This document shows positions 49,218-60,346 of a DNA stretch of 64,000 bases, piece after piece. The notes under the pieces were generated by a model that was not told the DNA's origin, ran no database searches, and was given only the letters and a program-made list of their open reading frames with translations. The DNA is from Candidatus Latescibacterota bacterium. Lineage in GTDB: Bacteria > Latescibacterota > UBA2968 > GCA-2709665. Position numbers and translations under genes: made by a program. How positions within the stretch are numbered: the first letter of the stretch is position 1; each line of letters opens with the position of its first letter. The stretch lies in NCBI GenBank assembly GCA_963667175.2, contig CAXXXF010000018.1, forward strand, positions 32,001 through 96,000, given 5' to 3'.

Positions 49218-50195
49218 TTACATGCCGGACGCTTCCAGCTTCGCGAGTTCTTCTTTAACGACCTCGAACGGCACCGGCATGTAACCGTCCTTGATGATGA
49301 CTTCCTGACCCTCTCTTGAAAAGATATACCTGCAGAACTCACGCACCATCGGATCCAGGGGCTTAGCGGGAGTCTTGTTGATGTAGATGAACAGAAACCG
49401 GCCCAGCGGATAAGTGCCGTCCAGTACATTCTCCATGCTGGCGTCTCTGAATCCATCCTCCGGGTCCTCCGCAAGAGGCACCACACGCACATTCGACGTC
49501 CTGTATCCTATTCCACTGTACCCAATCCCGTACCGGTCTTCCGCCACCCCCTGGACGACCGAAGCCGACCCCGGCTGTTCCTTGACCTCATCCTTGAAAT
49601 CCCCCTTGGAAAGTGCGTTCTTCTTGAAGAAGCCATAGGTGCCGGACGCCGAATTGCGGCCGTACATGCTGATCATCGCGGATGCTTCCTCACCTGCCCA
49701 TCCCGCCTCGTTCCAGCGCGTAATATCCTTTGGATGGCCCTTTCGGCGGGTCTTCGAAAAAATCGCATCCACCTGCTTCAGCGTCAAGCCTTCAACCGGA
49801 TTGTCCTTATTCACGAAAACCGCCAGTGCGTCTAGAGCGGTTCGCAGCGCCGTGGGCGGGTAACCGAACGCGTTTTCGAACTTGTCCACCTCCGTCGCCT
49901 TCATCGCGCGCGACATGGGTCCGAACTGGGCTGTGCCTTCGATCAGCGCCGGCGGTGCGGTGCTGGATCCCTTGCCTTCGATCTGTACGTTCACGTTCGG
50001 ATAATATTTCCGGAAGCCCTCGAGCCACAGGGCCATCAGGTTATTCATCGTATCCGATCCGATGCTGCTGGCGCTTCCCGAAATGCCTCTCGCCTTTGTG
50101 TAGGCCGGAATTCTCGGGTCGACCTCCACGGTCTGCGCGCTTGCAGGAACGACGGCGAACATCAGAAATATCAGACCGGCGACTGTTCGAAACAT
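49218..50195 (-). CDS. pstS: Phosphate-binding protein PstS
   Basis: GSDTM, GKGSSTA, GRNSASGTYGFF, IGYSGIGY; AGGAGG RBS before MFRTV. Confidence 0.93.
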   Translation of the reverse strand: MFRTVAGLIFLMFAVVPASAQTVEVDPRIPAYTKARGISGSASSIGSDTMNNLMALWLEGFRKYYPNVNVQIEGKGSSTAPPALIEGTAQFGPMSRAMKATEVDKFENAFGYPPTALRTALDALAVFVNKDNPVEGLTLKQVDAIFSKTRRKGHPKDITRWNEAGWAGEEASAMISMYGRNSASGTYGFFKKNALSKGDFKDEVKEQPGSASVVQGVAEDRYGIGYSGIGYRTSNVRVVPLAEDPEDGFRDASMENVLDGTYPLGRFLFIYINKTPAKPLDPMVREFCRYIFSREGQEVIIKDGYMPVPFEVVKEELAKLEASGM

Positions 50196-50304
50196 GTCTG
50201 CACTCCTCCTTGATTCAGGGTGATCGTCTGAAGATATTCGGGCGTCAATGTAACCGGCCAATGTTACGTTCGTGTGTCGATTGCCGGACGTCCGGAGAAA
50301 GCCA

Positions 50305-51279
50305 TTAGAATTTGTAGAACACCGTCATACGCGGGATGACCTCGGTATCCGCGTTCGAAGGCGCGTAAATCGTTGCCACAACGTTGGGCATGATGTGAAT
50401 ATTCCCTGCCGGCGCGATGTCGACGCCTCCGATAACCATGGTTTCCTCGTCCTGCCCCGTGCTCCTGCCGGGATCGTAATAATCGAGGCGGGCGAATATA
50501 TCGACCCGGGGCCTTGCGTTTGCGGCGCAGAATACCGATACGCCTCGTATCCGGATATCGTCGCCGCCGCCCCCGTTCCGGTTCATTCTGACAAACCCTT
50601 CGATACCGCCACGGAATTCCTCGCCTGACATCCCCAGCATCCCCGCGAACGTGACGCGATCTCTTCCTTCGGGTTTGCCTTCCCAGTCCAGGTAGACCGT
50701 GGCTTCGATGGCGTCCGTCGGTTTCACGTGAAGTAGCGTGTACAGCTTCTTGCCGTTGTCGACTTCCGAACGCTGTCCGCTCCCGTTGCCGAACATCAGC
50801 TGGGCGTTCACCCTTCCCGCGCCATCCAGCCTTCCTTTGAATCCCACCCCGATATCCGCGGACGAGCCGATCTTGCGCATATCCATGATCGTTTTTGCGA
50901 TCGACCGGTATCCCCAGATTCGCTCGGATACGTTCCAGGTTGGCGTGCCGAACAGCCCCATGTTGACGGCCCGACCGTTCGCCCGGTACCGCAGATAACC
51001 GTGCTTCACGAACGGCCGCATCTTGTCCTCACCGCCAAATCCCGCATCATTGGCTTCGTAACGTACACGGCCGGACCAGCGGTCGTTCCATTTCATGTCG
51101 TACGTCAGGTATATGCGCCGGAACCTGAAGCCGTTTTCGTTCTTGTCCGTTCCGGTCGCGACGTAGTAATAATCGCCAAAAGCCACCCCCTTGATCTTGC
51201 CCTCGGCGCCTTCGGCAGGTCCGAACAGGCCGAGGCTCAACACGGCGACGATTCCCCGGATGGTCCCGATTAGTCGCAT
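50305..51279 (-). CDS. Outer-membrane porin, probably phosphate-selective
   Basis: Signal peptide, FRFRRIYLTYD, alternating beta-strands, terminal YKF; first gene of the pst operon. Confidence 0.75.
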   Translation of the reverse strand: MRLIGTIRGIVAVLSLGLFGPAEGAEGKIKGVAFGDYYYVATGTDKNENGFRFRRIYLTYDMKWNDRWSGRVRYEANDAGFGGEDKMRPFVKHGYLRYRANGRAVNMGLFGTPTWNVSERIWGYRSIAKTIMDMRKIGSSADIGVGFKGRLDGAGRVNAQLMFGNGSGQRSEVDNGKKLYTLLHVKPTDAIEATVYLDWEGKPEGRDRVTFAGMLGMSGEEFRGGIEGFVRMNRNGGGGDDIRIRGVSVFCAANARPRVDIFARLDYYDPGRSTGQDEETMVIGGVDIAPAGNIHIMPNVVATIYAPSNADTEVIPRMTVFYKF

Positions 51280-51454
51280 TTCTCCTCCCTGCTGTTTTCG
51301 GTTTATCGATCGACCCGCCCGGATTCCCTGCGGCCGCGGCGGTTCACCCCGTGATGGTCCGGGGGCGGCGGCTCGCCCGGAAGGCTGAACGCCGAGATTT
51401 GACCTCGAACGCTGACCCGTTGCCCCCCGTCTTCCGCACGCTGAACCAAGGAGT

Positions 51455-51510
51455 ACAATATGTTACGCTTTCATTACGATCGGGTGGCAATTGTGTGACG
51501 AACAGGTTAC
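51455..51510 (-). promoter_or_regulatory. Pho box array for the porin-pstSCAB-phoU operon
   Basis: Five half-sites with exact 11-bp period (51462, 51473, 51484, 51495, 51506); minus strand reads GTAAC, GTCAC, GCCAC, GTAAT, GTAAC, followed by TATTGT. Confidence 0.8.
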
Positions 51511-51610
51511 GATCTCCGGGTCGGACTCCGCCAAAATGCGGAGGGAAGTCGGTGGGGGCACAACCGGCAGCGCGGTCGTGGAATGAACCCCCGTGGGATA
51601 CCCTGCGAAA

Positions 51611-51650
51611 ACGTCATTGAACCGTAACGATTCCGTAACCCGGTCTAAAC
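51611..51650 (+). promoter_or_regulatory. Pho box array for the TonB receptor cluster
   Basis: GTCAT (51613), GTAAC (51624), GTAAC (51635) at 11-bp period. Confidence 0.75.
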
Positions 51651-51755
51651 ATCCGGTTCGTTACTTTGACGCCGATCAGAGGGAGCGGGGCCGCCGACAC
51701 GTTGAATCCGGAACGCGACGGCCTGAAGAAACATCAACCGAGGAGCGAGAATCCC

Positions 51756-54548
51756 ATGTTACGAATCGCGATCATGCTGTTGTCTGCCGTAATGGTGCTT
51801 TCACTCTCCGCCGAGGAGATGGGAGTTGTTCAGGGGCTGATTGTCGACGGCGAAACAGGCGAGCCGCTGATTGGGGCCAACCTGATCGTCTACGACACCG
51901 GGGGCCGGCCGGCCTTCGGCACGACGACCGACCTGGACGGGAGGTTCAGCCTCAGACTGCCGTCCGGCAGGCACAGCATCGAGATTTCCTATGTGTCCTA
52001 CGCGACGAAAACGGTTACCGGCGTCGAGGTAGAAACCAACGGGACTTTCCAACTCAGCGAAGCACTTTCGCCGGAAGCAATCGAAGTCGAAGCGATTACG
52101 GTCACGGCCAGACCCGAGCGCTCCAGCGAAGTCTCCATGCTGGTTATCCAACAGAAGGCCGGCGTGGTTACGGACGGCATCAGTTCGGAACTGATGAGCA
52201 AGGCTTCATCTTCGGACGCCGGGGATGCGCTCAAAAGGGTGACCGGAATTACGGTGGTGGGCGGGCGCTACGTTTACGTTCGCGGCCTGGGAGAGCGCTA
52301 CAGCAATACACAGGTCAACGGCGCGCAGATGCCCAGCCCCGAGCCGAACCGCCGCGTGGTTCCGATGGATATTTTCCCGGCGGGACTCCTGGAGAATATC
52401 CAGGTGGCCAAGACCTTCTCTCCCGACCAGCCGGGCGATTTCTCGGGCGGATCGGTCCAGATCAGAACGAAGGATTTTCCAGATCAGCTGACGCTCTCAC
52501 TCTCGGCCTCCACCAGCTTTCATTCACAGACCAGCTTTGAAGATATCCAGAGCTACACGGGCGGTTCGTGGGACTTCCTGGGCGTTGACGACGGCGGACG
52601 GGACCTGCCCGAACTGGTAAAAACACAGGCGGCGGAACAGGCCGTTCGCAAGCGCGGGCGCTTTTCCACGTCGGGTTTTACCGCTGAGGAGATTCAGACC
52701 CTCGGCCGGTCGTTCAACAATGTCTGGTCGCCGGAAACCCGGACGGCCCCTTTGAACCAGAGCTACAGCTTCAGCGTCGGTAACGCCCTTTCTTCCGAAA
52801 ACAGGGAACTGGGCTTCGTGCTGTCCCTGACGTACGACAACAGCTACAGGAACGGGAGTCAGGAATGGAACAGCTACCGGCTTACGGCCAAAGACGGCCA
52901 GGAATTCCTCTCCCCATTCACCAGTTACACGGTCAGCGGCACCACCAATAACGTGCTGTTGGGCGCTCTCTTCAACAGCAGCTTCCGTTTCTCGCCGCTT
53001 CACAAGATCAGCCTGAAGACAATCTACAACCGCAACACCGACGACGAAGCCCGCGGCTATACCGGGTTCAACTCCGACCGCGGCGCCGACCTTCGAAACC
53101 TCAGGTTTCGCTTCGTGGAGCGCGGCGTATTTACGGGGCAGCTTGGCGGAGAACACCACATCGATCCCCTGTTCAAATCCAACCTGAACTGGCAGTTCGG
53201 CTATGCCGAAGCCACGCGAGACGAACCGGACAACCGCGAAGTTGTTTACGAAATGCGGAATCAGCGATGGACCTTTTTCGACATCACCCAGAGCGGAAGC
53301 CGGTTCTATTTCGATCTTGCCGACAGGGAGTGGAGCGGAAAGCTTGACTGGACGGCGCCTATCAAGTCTCCCGCCGGCCTGCCCGCCAAATTCAAGCTCG
53401 GGGGTGTATGGCGAAAGAAAGACCGCACCTTCGACGCCCGGCGCTTCCGCTTCGAACAGTCCAGCGGCATTCAACGTCACGTGGACCTGACGGCCGACCC
53501 GGAAATCATCTTCGCCGAGGAAAATATCGCGCCCGGGCGCTTCGAACTCAGGGAAACCACCCGCGCCAACGACAACTACTCGGCCAGACAGGATCTCTCG
53601 GCGGGTTATATGATGGTGGACATGCCCGTCGCGGCTTCGTGGCGTCTGGTGACCGGGGTCAGGGTCGAATCGTCCAGACAGGAACTGAGATCATTCGACC
53701 CCTTCGCGCTCAATTCCGAGCCCATCGTCGTCACGCTGGACAATACCGACGTCCTGCCGGGAATCAATCTCGTGCGGAAGCTTTCCGACCGGTCCAATCT
53801 GCGGGCAGCCTATTCCCGCACCCTGGCGCGTCCCGATTTCCGGGAACTGGCGCCCTTCGAATTTACCGACTTTGTAGGCGGCCGGGCGGTCGTGGGGGAC
53901 ACGTCGCTGACCCGTACCGTTGTCGACAACTACGATCTCCGCTGGGAGAACTTCCCCAGACTGGGGGAGCTGGCGGCCTTCAGCGTTTTCTACAAGAAAT
54001 TCCACGATCCCATCGAGCAGATCATCCAGCCCACCGCCCAACTCCGTGTCAGCTACGCAAATGCGGCGTCTGCCAGCAACTACGGCGTCGAATTCGAGTA
54101 CCGGCGCAGGCTGGACGCCCTCGTTCCCGACCTTGAGAAATTCTCGGTAAGCGCAAACGTCACATTGGTCAGATCCAAGGTTGAAATCCACCCCGCCAGC
54201 GGGGTGCAGACCTCTTCCGAGCGGGCGCTGCAGGGCCAGTCGCCATTCGTGGTGAACCTGATGCTTGGGTACGACAATAATGAAGCGGGCACGTCGGCGA
54301 ATCTGCTTTACAACGTCGTCGGACGGCGAATCAGCGAAGTAGGGGCCCAGAGACTGCCGGATGTCTTCGAACAGCCCCGCCACCAGGTCGATTTTACGTT
54401 CAAACAAAGAGTAGGGTCCGGTGTCAGGGTCAAACTCTCCGCCAGGAACCTGCTCGATTCGACCGTGCTCTACGAACAACAGGAGGAGGTTTTCACACGG
54501 TACAAGAGAGGTCGGTCCATCTCCGTCGGAATCGGCTACGATCTCTAG
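51756..54548 (+). CDS. TonB-dependent receptor
   Basis: Signal peptide, GEPLIGA, DALKRVTG...YVYVRGLGERYS plug, RPDFRELAPF, LQGQSP. Confidence 0.92.
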   Translation: MLRIAIMLLSAVMVLSLSAEEMGVVQGLIVDGETGEPLIGANLIVYDTGGRPAFGTTTDLDGRFSLRLPSGRHSIEISYVSYATKTVTGVEVETNGTFQLSEALSPEAIEVEAITVTARPERSSEVSMLVIQQKAGVVTDGISSELMSKASSSDAGDALKRVTGITVVGGRYVYVRGLGERYSNTQVNGAQMPSPEPNRRVVPMDIFPAGLLENIQVAKTFSPDQPGDFSGGSVQIRTKDFPDQLTLSLSASTSFHSQTSFEDIQSYTGGSWDFLGVDDGGRDLPELVKTQAAEQAVRKRGRFSTSGFTAEEIQTLGRSFNNVWSPETRTAPLNQSYSFSVGNALSSENRELGFVLSLTYDNSYRNGSQEWNSYRLTAKDGQEFLSPFTSYTVSGTTNNVLLGALFNSSFRFSPLHKISLKTIYNRNTDDEARGYTGFNSDRGADLRNLRFRFVERGVFTGQLGGEHHIDPLFKSNLNWQFGYAEATRDEPDNREVVYEMRNQRWTFFDITQSGSRFYFDLADREWSGKLDWTAPIKSPAGLPAKFKLGGVWRKKDRTFDARRFRFEQSSGIQRHVDLTADPEIIFAEENIAPGRFELRETTRANDNYSARQDLSAGYMMVDMPVAASWRLVTGVRVESSRQELRSFDPFALNSEPIVVTLDNTDVLPGINLVRKLSDRSNLRAAYSRTLARPDFRELAPFEFTDFVGGRAVVGDTSLTRTVVDNYDLRWENFPRLGELAAFSVFYKKFHDPIEQIIQPTAQLRVSYANAASASNYGVEFEYRRRLDALVPDLEKFSVSANVTLVRSKVEIHPASGVQTSSERALQGQSPFVVNLMLGYDNNEAGTSANLLYNVVGRRISEVGAQRLPDVFEQPRHQVDFTFKQRVGSGVRVKLSARNLLDSTVLYEQQEEVFTRYKRGRSISVGIGYDL

Positions 54549-54646
54549 AGACCGGCCGCCGCGGGGCCGGCTGACTGGCGTTCCATCCATCGCATTCGCA
54601 GGGGACAGTCCCCAATCGTAAACACCCGTCACCAAGGAGTCGCGCT

Positions 54647-56133
54647 GTGAAGTTGACAACACGTTTTGCACTATTCATCATCCTGACGCTGGGTTTTCCC
54701 GCCTTGCTTCAGGCGCAGACCACCTCCCCCGCCCGGGTCGATTTCGACGGCGACGGCGCGGTCGGGTTCGGAGATTTCGTTCTGTTCAGTCAGAACTTCC
54801 AATCAGACCATCCGATGTACGATCTGAGCGGCGACGGCGCGGTGGGTTTTCCCGACTTTGTCGCATTCGCAAGCGCCTTCGGTCAGACAGTCGCCCGGAT
54901 GGAACGACCGGGAATGGTCTCGGGCAATATCACCTCGAACGCAGTCTGGACCTCGGACCGCGACTATCTGCTCTCCGGTCCGGTCTTCGTCCGGGACGGC
55001 GCCACGCTCATTGTCATGCCCGGCACGACGGTCTATGGCGAGGGGGCAACCAACGGCACACTGATCGTCGCGCAGGGCGGCAAACTCATCGCTGACGGAA
55101 CTGCTCGAAATCCGATCGTGTTCACGAGCGATCAGTTCGAGGGCGAACGAGACAGGGGGCAGTGGGGCGGTCTGATTATCAACGGCCGTGCGCCGGTCAA
55201 TACCGGTTTGCCTGCATACGGCGAGGGCGACACGGGCGAATACGGCGGCACGGACCCGGAGGACAGCAGCGGCATCCTGCGGTACGTGCGCGTGGAGTTC
55301 GCCGGCATCGAGTTTTCTCCAGACAATGAGTTGAACGGCATCGCGTTCCAGGGGGTGGGCTCCGGCACTGTGGTGGACTACGTGCAGGTGCACTTCAACC
55401 AGGACGACGGCATCGAGTTCTTCGGCGGGACGGTGAATGCGAAGCACCTGTATTGTACGGGAATTCGGGACGACTCGTTCGACTGGACGGACGGCTGGAC
55501 GGGCAAGGGACAGTTCTGGGTGGCGCAGCAGCGCGGCGACGACGCGGACAACGGGTTCGAAGCCGACAACAACGGCGACGACAACGAGGCGAGCCCGCGT
55601 TCGAACCCGACGATCTACAACGTGACGCTGGTAGGGGATCCGGACGGACCGGAAAGCGACACGGGTCTGCTGCTTCGCGAGGGCACCGCGGCGACCCTGC
55701 GGAACTTCATCGTGATCGGGTTCAACGCGGGCGGCCTGGACGTCGATACGGAATCGTCGATTACACTGGCAAACAACGGTGATCTGTCGTTGCGGAACTC
55801 GATTTTCTACAACAACGCGACGGATATGGACGAGCAGGGCATGCGCACGATGGGCAACTTCAACACGGACGGCGACGGGATCGACGAGGGGACGTGGGCG
55901 ATGATGTCGGGCTTCGACAATCGGAGGCGGACCCGGATCTGCGGTCGCCGTATAGCCAGCGTTCGCCCAGCTTCCAGCCGTCTTCATCTTCGCCCGCCGT
56001 AAATGGTTCGGTGCCCGTCGCGAGTCCGCCTTCGGACGGGTTTTTCGACGCCGTGGACTTTATCGGCGCGATGAGTGCGGACGACGACTGGACCGCGGGA
56101 TGGATCACGACGGAACAGCCCGCGGGAGAGTAG
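54647..56133 (+). CDS. Secreted beta-helix-like protein with dockerin/EF-hand-like repeats; 1-nt frameshift near 55922
   Basis: DFDGDGAVGFGDF and DLSGDGAVGFPDF; GQWGGLII.G.AP, SSGILRYVRVEFAG, DDGIEFFGG; C-terminus (IGAM..DDDWTAGW) lies in frame 55894-56133. Confidence 0.8.
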
Positions 56134-56208
56134 ACACGACTCTCCGGGCGGAAAGTTGAAAAAAGGGGGAGGAAACCTCGCTCCCATCTCGCTCCCCTCC
56201 CCCTTTGA

Positions 56209-56288
56209 AGCTGTCTTGAAAACCCGGCGGTTGTCGCTCGGATCCAAAAGCGCCGGCCGGGAACGCACCAGGGATTTTGAGACAGTTT
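56209..56288. repeat. Possible 80-bp MITE-like element
   Basis: Imperfect inverted ends AGCTGTCTTGAAA / TTTTGAGACAGTT; single copy in window. Confidence 0.35.
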
Positions 56289-56439
56289 CCAGGAGACCGG
56301 ACGGGCTCGAACGAAGCGTGACCGCTTCAGCGCCTGTTCGGTCTTTCTTGTCTTTTTTACCGGTTCAACGTATTATTCAGTTGGAGATGCGATGATTTTT
56401 TTCAATGGAGAAAGAAACGGTGGTCGTAGCTTATTTTCG

Positions 56440-56910
56440 ATGACGAAGCGGATTTTCCGGGGCGCGCTCGCCGTCCTGCTGGCATCGGGTTGCGTAGACA
56501 GCAATGGGGATACGGACTCGCCGGAGGGGCTCGCACGCGCGGTCGTCGCCGCCCTCAACAAGGAAGACATCGCGGCGCTTCATGGCCTCCGGGTCCACAG
56601 GGAGGAATACCTCAAGAACATCCTTCCGGCATTTCCACCCATCAATTTCTCGCCGGAGTTCGCCTGGAACAACCTGAACAAGAGATCCATCATCGGCGTG
56701 AACAAATGGATCAGACGATACGGCGGAGAGAGTCTGAGTTTTACCGGCATCCGTTTCGAGAAGCCGGAGGAAACCTATGAGGGGCTGAAACTCCTGCGTG
56801 GGACCGTGTTGAGCGTGCGAACCCAGAGGGGCAAACACGTGGATCTGCGCATCCTCGGATCGGTGGTCCTCAGAGACGGCCGGTACAGGCTTCTGAGCTA
56901 TGACGACTGA
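56440..56910 (+). CDS. Lipoprotein of unknown function
   Basis: MTKRIFRGALAVLLASGC lipobox. Confidence 0.7.
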   Translation: MTKRIFRGALAVLLASGCVDSNGDTDSPEGLARAVVAALNKEDIAALHGLRVHREEYLKNILPAFPPINFSPEFAWNNLNKRSIIGVNKWIRRYGGESLSFTGIRFEKPEETYEGLKLLRGTVLSVRTQRGKHVDLRILGSVVLRDGRYRLLSYDD

Positions 56911-57892
56911 ACGAAGTGCCTTCAGGGAAGCGCGAAACAGGCTGATGTCTCTGGGCATCGGCCTTCTGTTTATGGGGCATGTTTTCCCGCTCTGTGCGGC
57001 GGACTATGCCTCCGTGCGGACCCATGAGGGAAACAGCGCGCTTCCGGTTTCCCTAACCACGCTCGAACGTGAACTTCTTGAGGACGTCCGCGACGGGCGC
57101 CTGGACCGGTTCGACCTGATCGAAGCCGGCCTGATCGCATCGGGGGCCACCGACCCCGTTCTTCTCTCCCGGTACAAGCGGCGCTTCAGCCACCTTCAAC
57201 AGCACGCCCTGCTTTCCATTCCCTATCTCATGCACACCGAACAGATGGCCGCCGAGTTGTTTCACTATCTTCACCGATACGTCCTCAGGCAGTTCGATAC
57301 CCGTCCGGTCACCGTGATCAACCTGCTGTCCGACGGCCGCTACAACTGCATTACGGCCTCGTGGCTGTACATCGCGCTGGCGCAACGGTACGACCTGCCC
57401 GCAACGGTGATCAAGACCCCGATGCATGCGTACGTGCGACTGGAAACCCGTCCGCCCATTCCCATCGAAATGACCGTGCCCGTTGGCGGCGTCGACCACG
57501 CGCAGACCCGTGAGCAGGTCATTCAGACCCTTCTGGATGCGGGGCTGGTCGATCCATCGCAGATTGAATCACACGGGGCCGACGATCTTTTTCTCGAATA
57601 CCAGCGTCACCAGTTTCCGCTGGAACCGGTCCAGATCCTTTCCGTACTTTTCTACAACAGCGCGCTGCACGCGTTCGAACGGGGCGACCCGCACCTGGCG
57701 TTCCGAAATGCCCTCGGAGCTCAGCTTTCTCATCCGGAAGACAGACAATATCAACAGCTTACATTCGATATGGGTCTGGCCTACGCCACCTTTCTCCGTC
57801 AGCGGGGCGACCACGACGGCGAGAGCGGAATCGTCACCTATCTTCGCGGTATGAAGCAAATGTTCGCGTCGAACGTTCCCGTCGGGTTCTGA
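56900..57892 (+). CDS. Transglutaminase-like cysteine-protease-fold protein
   Basis: YNCITASWLY...TPMHAYV Cys-His pair; signal-like segment. Confidence 0.6.
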   Translation: MTTERSAFREARNRLMSLGIGLLFMGHVFPLCAADYASVRTHEGNSALPVSLTTLERELLEDVRDGRLDRFDLIEAGLIASGATDPVLLSRYKRRFSHLQQHALLSIPYLMHTEQMAAELFHYLHRYVLRQFDTRPVTVINLLSDGRYNCITASWLYIALAQRYDLPATVIKTPMHAYVRLETRPPIPIEMTVPVGGVDHAQTREQVIQTLLDAGLVDPSQIESHGADDLFLEYQRHQFPLEPVQILSVLFYNSALHAFERGDPHLAFRNALGAQLSHPEDRQYQQLTFDMGLAYATFLRQRGDHDGESGIVTYLRGMKQMFASNVPVGF

Positions 57893-57905
57893 TGGACATC
57901 ATGCG

Positions 57906-59441
57906 ATGAAAAGCAAGGTATCCGCACTGCGTCTTCCCGCATCGGTCGACCCACTCAGCGTGTGGGGGAACGCCGTCGGTTCCCATACCTGTGTACCGAC
58001 AGACGATACCGTGCAAAATCAGACGTTCCTCGACACGTTCGATTGGCGCCTGTTCAATAGAAACCTGGTGCTGATGAAGGAACAGGAACGCTACCTTCTC
58101 TACAGCCTGCCGGACCGCGAAACCGTCGCGTCGCTCGGCATGCCGCGCGGGGCCGAACCGGTGTTCAGCACGGATTTTCCCGAGGGACCCCTGAAGAAGG
58201 TCCTGCATGCACACGTGAGCGTACGGGCGCTGTTGCCCCTCGCGCGCGCCACGACGCGCCGGCAGACCTTGCGTGTACGCAACAGAAACGAAAAAACCGT
58301 CCTGATCGCAACGATTGAACAAGCGCGGTTGACCGACGCCGTGCGAGACGGACAACCGATCAACACCGTCGTGCTGCGGTCGATCCGGGGATATGAGAAG
58401 CATCTGCGAAGACTAAACCGTTCGCTGCTGGACGCGGGCGCCCAACCTCAGACCGAAGACCTGTTCCACGCCGCCATGCGGGCGTCCGGGAGGGAACCGG
58501 GAGGCTACACCTCAAAGCTCAACATTGTTCTGGAACCCAACCTTACCGGCGCGGAGGCCGTCAAGCGGATTCTGGAGCACCTGTTCAGAACGATCAGGTG
58601 TAATGAAGCGGGCATAAAGGATGACGTCGATACGGAGTTTCTGCACGATTTCAGGGTGGGAATCCGGCGGACGCGTTCAGCCCTCAGCCAGATCAAATCT
58701 GTACTTCCCGATGGTCGGGTTGCCCGTTTCCGGAAGGACTTTTCCTATCTCGGAAAACTCACCAACCGACTGCGCGACCTGGACGTCGCCCTGTTGAAGC
58801 GGGACGCGTACCGGTCTCTCCTGCCAGGATATCTGCGGCCTCGACTGGACCCCCTTTTCGAATCGCTCCGGGCGGAACGTACGGGCGAACACCGGCGCCT
58901 CGCCGCCGCCCTGGACGGCGGCAGGTACCTGAAATTCGCCGCGGACTGGGAGGCGTTTCTGAAATGCCCGCCGGAGTTCCCATCGCCGAGCAATGCCGAA
59001 GCGCCGGCGGTTGGCCTGGCGCGGAGATTCATTGGCAAGAGATACGGCCGCGTGATCGAATTGGGGACCGCAATCGACGCGCCCACACCCGACGCTGAAC
59101 TGCACCGGCTTCGGATCGAGTGCAAGAAATTGCGCTATCTCCTGGAGTTTTTCTCGTCGCTTTACCCAACTCAAGAAGTCCGGCTGATTGTCGAGCGCCT
59201 CAAGAGCCTGCAGGACAATCTGGGTGACTTCAACGACCTCTCCGTCCAGCAGGCCGACCTGAAGTCGTACCTGAAAGCGTTGCCCGCGGAGGGGACTCAC
59301 CCGGAAACCTTTGCCGCCGTCGGCGGTCTGATCGGTTGCCTGTACCGCGAGCAGCAGACCGTCCGCGCGGCCTATTCGAAGACATTTATGCGGTTCAATC
59401 AGGCGGAGGTCGCCGCCACCTTCCGACGCCTGTTCGCCTGA
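57906..59441 (+). CDS. CHAD domain (polyphosphate-binding) protein
   Basis: LHDFRVGIRRTRS, LRDLDV, LHRLRIECKKLRYLLE, LQDNLGDFND. Confidence 0.9.
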   Translation: MKSKVSALRLPASVDPLSVWGNAVGSHTCVPTDDTVQNQTFLDTFDWRLFNRNLVLMKEQERYLLYSLPDRETVASLGMPRGAEPVFSTDFPEGPLKKVLHAHVSVRALLPLARATTRRQTLRVRNRNEKTVLIATIEQARLTDAVRDGQPINTVVLRSIRGYEKHLRRLNRSLLDAGAQPQTEDLFHAAMRASGREPGGYTSKLNIVLEPNLTGAEAVKRILEHLFRTIRCNEAGIKDDVDTEFLHDFRVGIRRTRSALSQIKSVLPDGRVARFRKDFSYLGKLTNRLRDLDVALLKRDAYRSLLPGYLRPRLDPLFESLRAERTGEHRRLAAALDGGRYLKFAADWEAFLKCPPEFPSPSNAEAPAVGLARRFIGKRYGRVIELGTAIDAPTPDAELHRLRIECKKLRYLLEFFSSLYPTQEVRLIVERLKSLQDNLGDFNDLSVQQADLKSYLKALPAEGTHPETFAAVGGLIGCLYREQQTVRAAYSKTFMRFNQAEVAATFRRLFA

Positions 59442-59459
59442 AGACGGAAAGCGCATTCC

Positions 59460-60209
59460 ATGGCTACAGTGGCCCTGTACAACATCAAGGGCGGGGTGGG
59501 GAAGACCGCCGCCGCGGTGAATCTGGCCTACCTCGCCGCGCGCGACGGCGCGCAGACCATTCTGTTCGATCTGGACCCGCAGGGATCGGCAGCATTCTAC
59601 TTTCGCATCAAACCCTCAAGGAAACTTCCGGGTCGAAAATTTCTGCGAGGAGGGCGCAGGGTAGAGAAGCGCATCCGAGGGACCGACTACGAAAATCTGG
59701 ACCTGCTGCCGTCCAACCTGTCGTTCCGAAACCTGGACACGACGCTGAGTAAACTGAAGGCCTCCTCAAAACGGCTCCATCGCATTCTGAAACCGTACCG
59801 CAAGACATACGACTTCATCTTTCTCGACTGTCCGCCTGGCATCGGCCTGGTATCGGAAAATATGCTCTTTGCCTCCGACGTCGTTCTGGTTCCCTGTATA
59901 CCGACGACGTTGTCCATGCGTACCTGTGACCAGCTGGTACGTTTCTTCGATTCCAGAGGCCGGGACGTCTCCCGGATCTACCCGTTCTTCGCGATGGTGG
60001 AGAAACGGAAACGCATGCACAGCGAAATTCTGGCGACCGGCGGAGACCCCGAACAGCGGTTTCTGAAGACCCGGATTCCTTACGCGTCGGAAGTCGAGAA
60101 AATGGGTATCCACCGGGAACCGGTCCCATGTTTCGCGCCGGGTTCGCCCGCCGCAGACGCGTATCAGGACCTTTGGGATGAACTCAAGGGGATCGTGCCG
60201 AGACGCTGA
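59460..60209 (+). CDS. ParA/MinD family ATPase (no parB adjacent)
   Basis: KGGVGKT deviant Walker A, DLDPQG, FLDCPP. Confidence 0.9.
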   Translation: MATVALYNIKGGVGKTAAAVNLAYLAARDGAQTILFDLDPQGSAAFYFRIKPSRKLPGRKFLRGGRRVEKRIRGTDYENLDLLPSNLSFRNLDTTLSKLKASSKRLHRILKPYRKTYDFIFLDCPPGIGLVSENMLFASDVVLVPCIPTTLSMRTCDQLVRFFDSRGRDVSRIYPFFAMVEKRKRMHSEILATGGDPEQRFLKTRIPYASEVEKMGIHREPVPCFAPGSPAADAYQDLWDELKGIVPRR

Positions 60210-60346
60210 CGGGCGACGACTCTGTCCGTCAAATCCCCGTACCGTAATGACTTGCGAGCCTGAAACCGATTGACTGAGGCATTGCTGTGGATTATCTTGG
60301 CGCTGTATAGACGTCGATTCCGCGGGTACACCACGAGAAGTGCGGC

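Noticed and set aside
55915-55930. Programmed frameshift in the secreted protein
   Set aside because: No slippery heptamer; a single missing G (CGG GAG) explains it, so most likely a sequencing indel or recent mutation.
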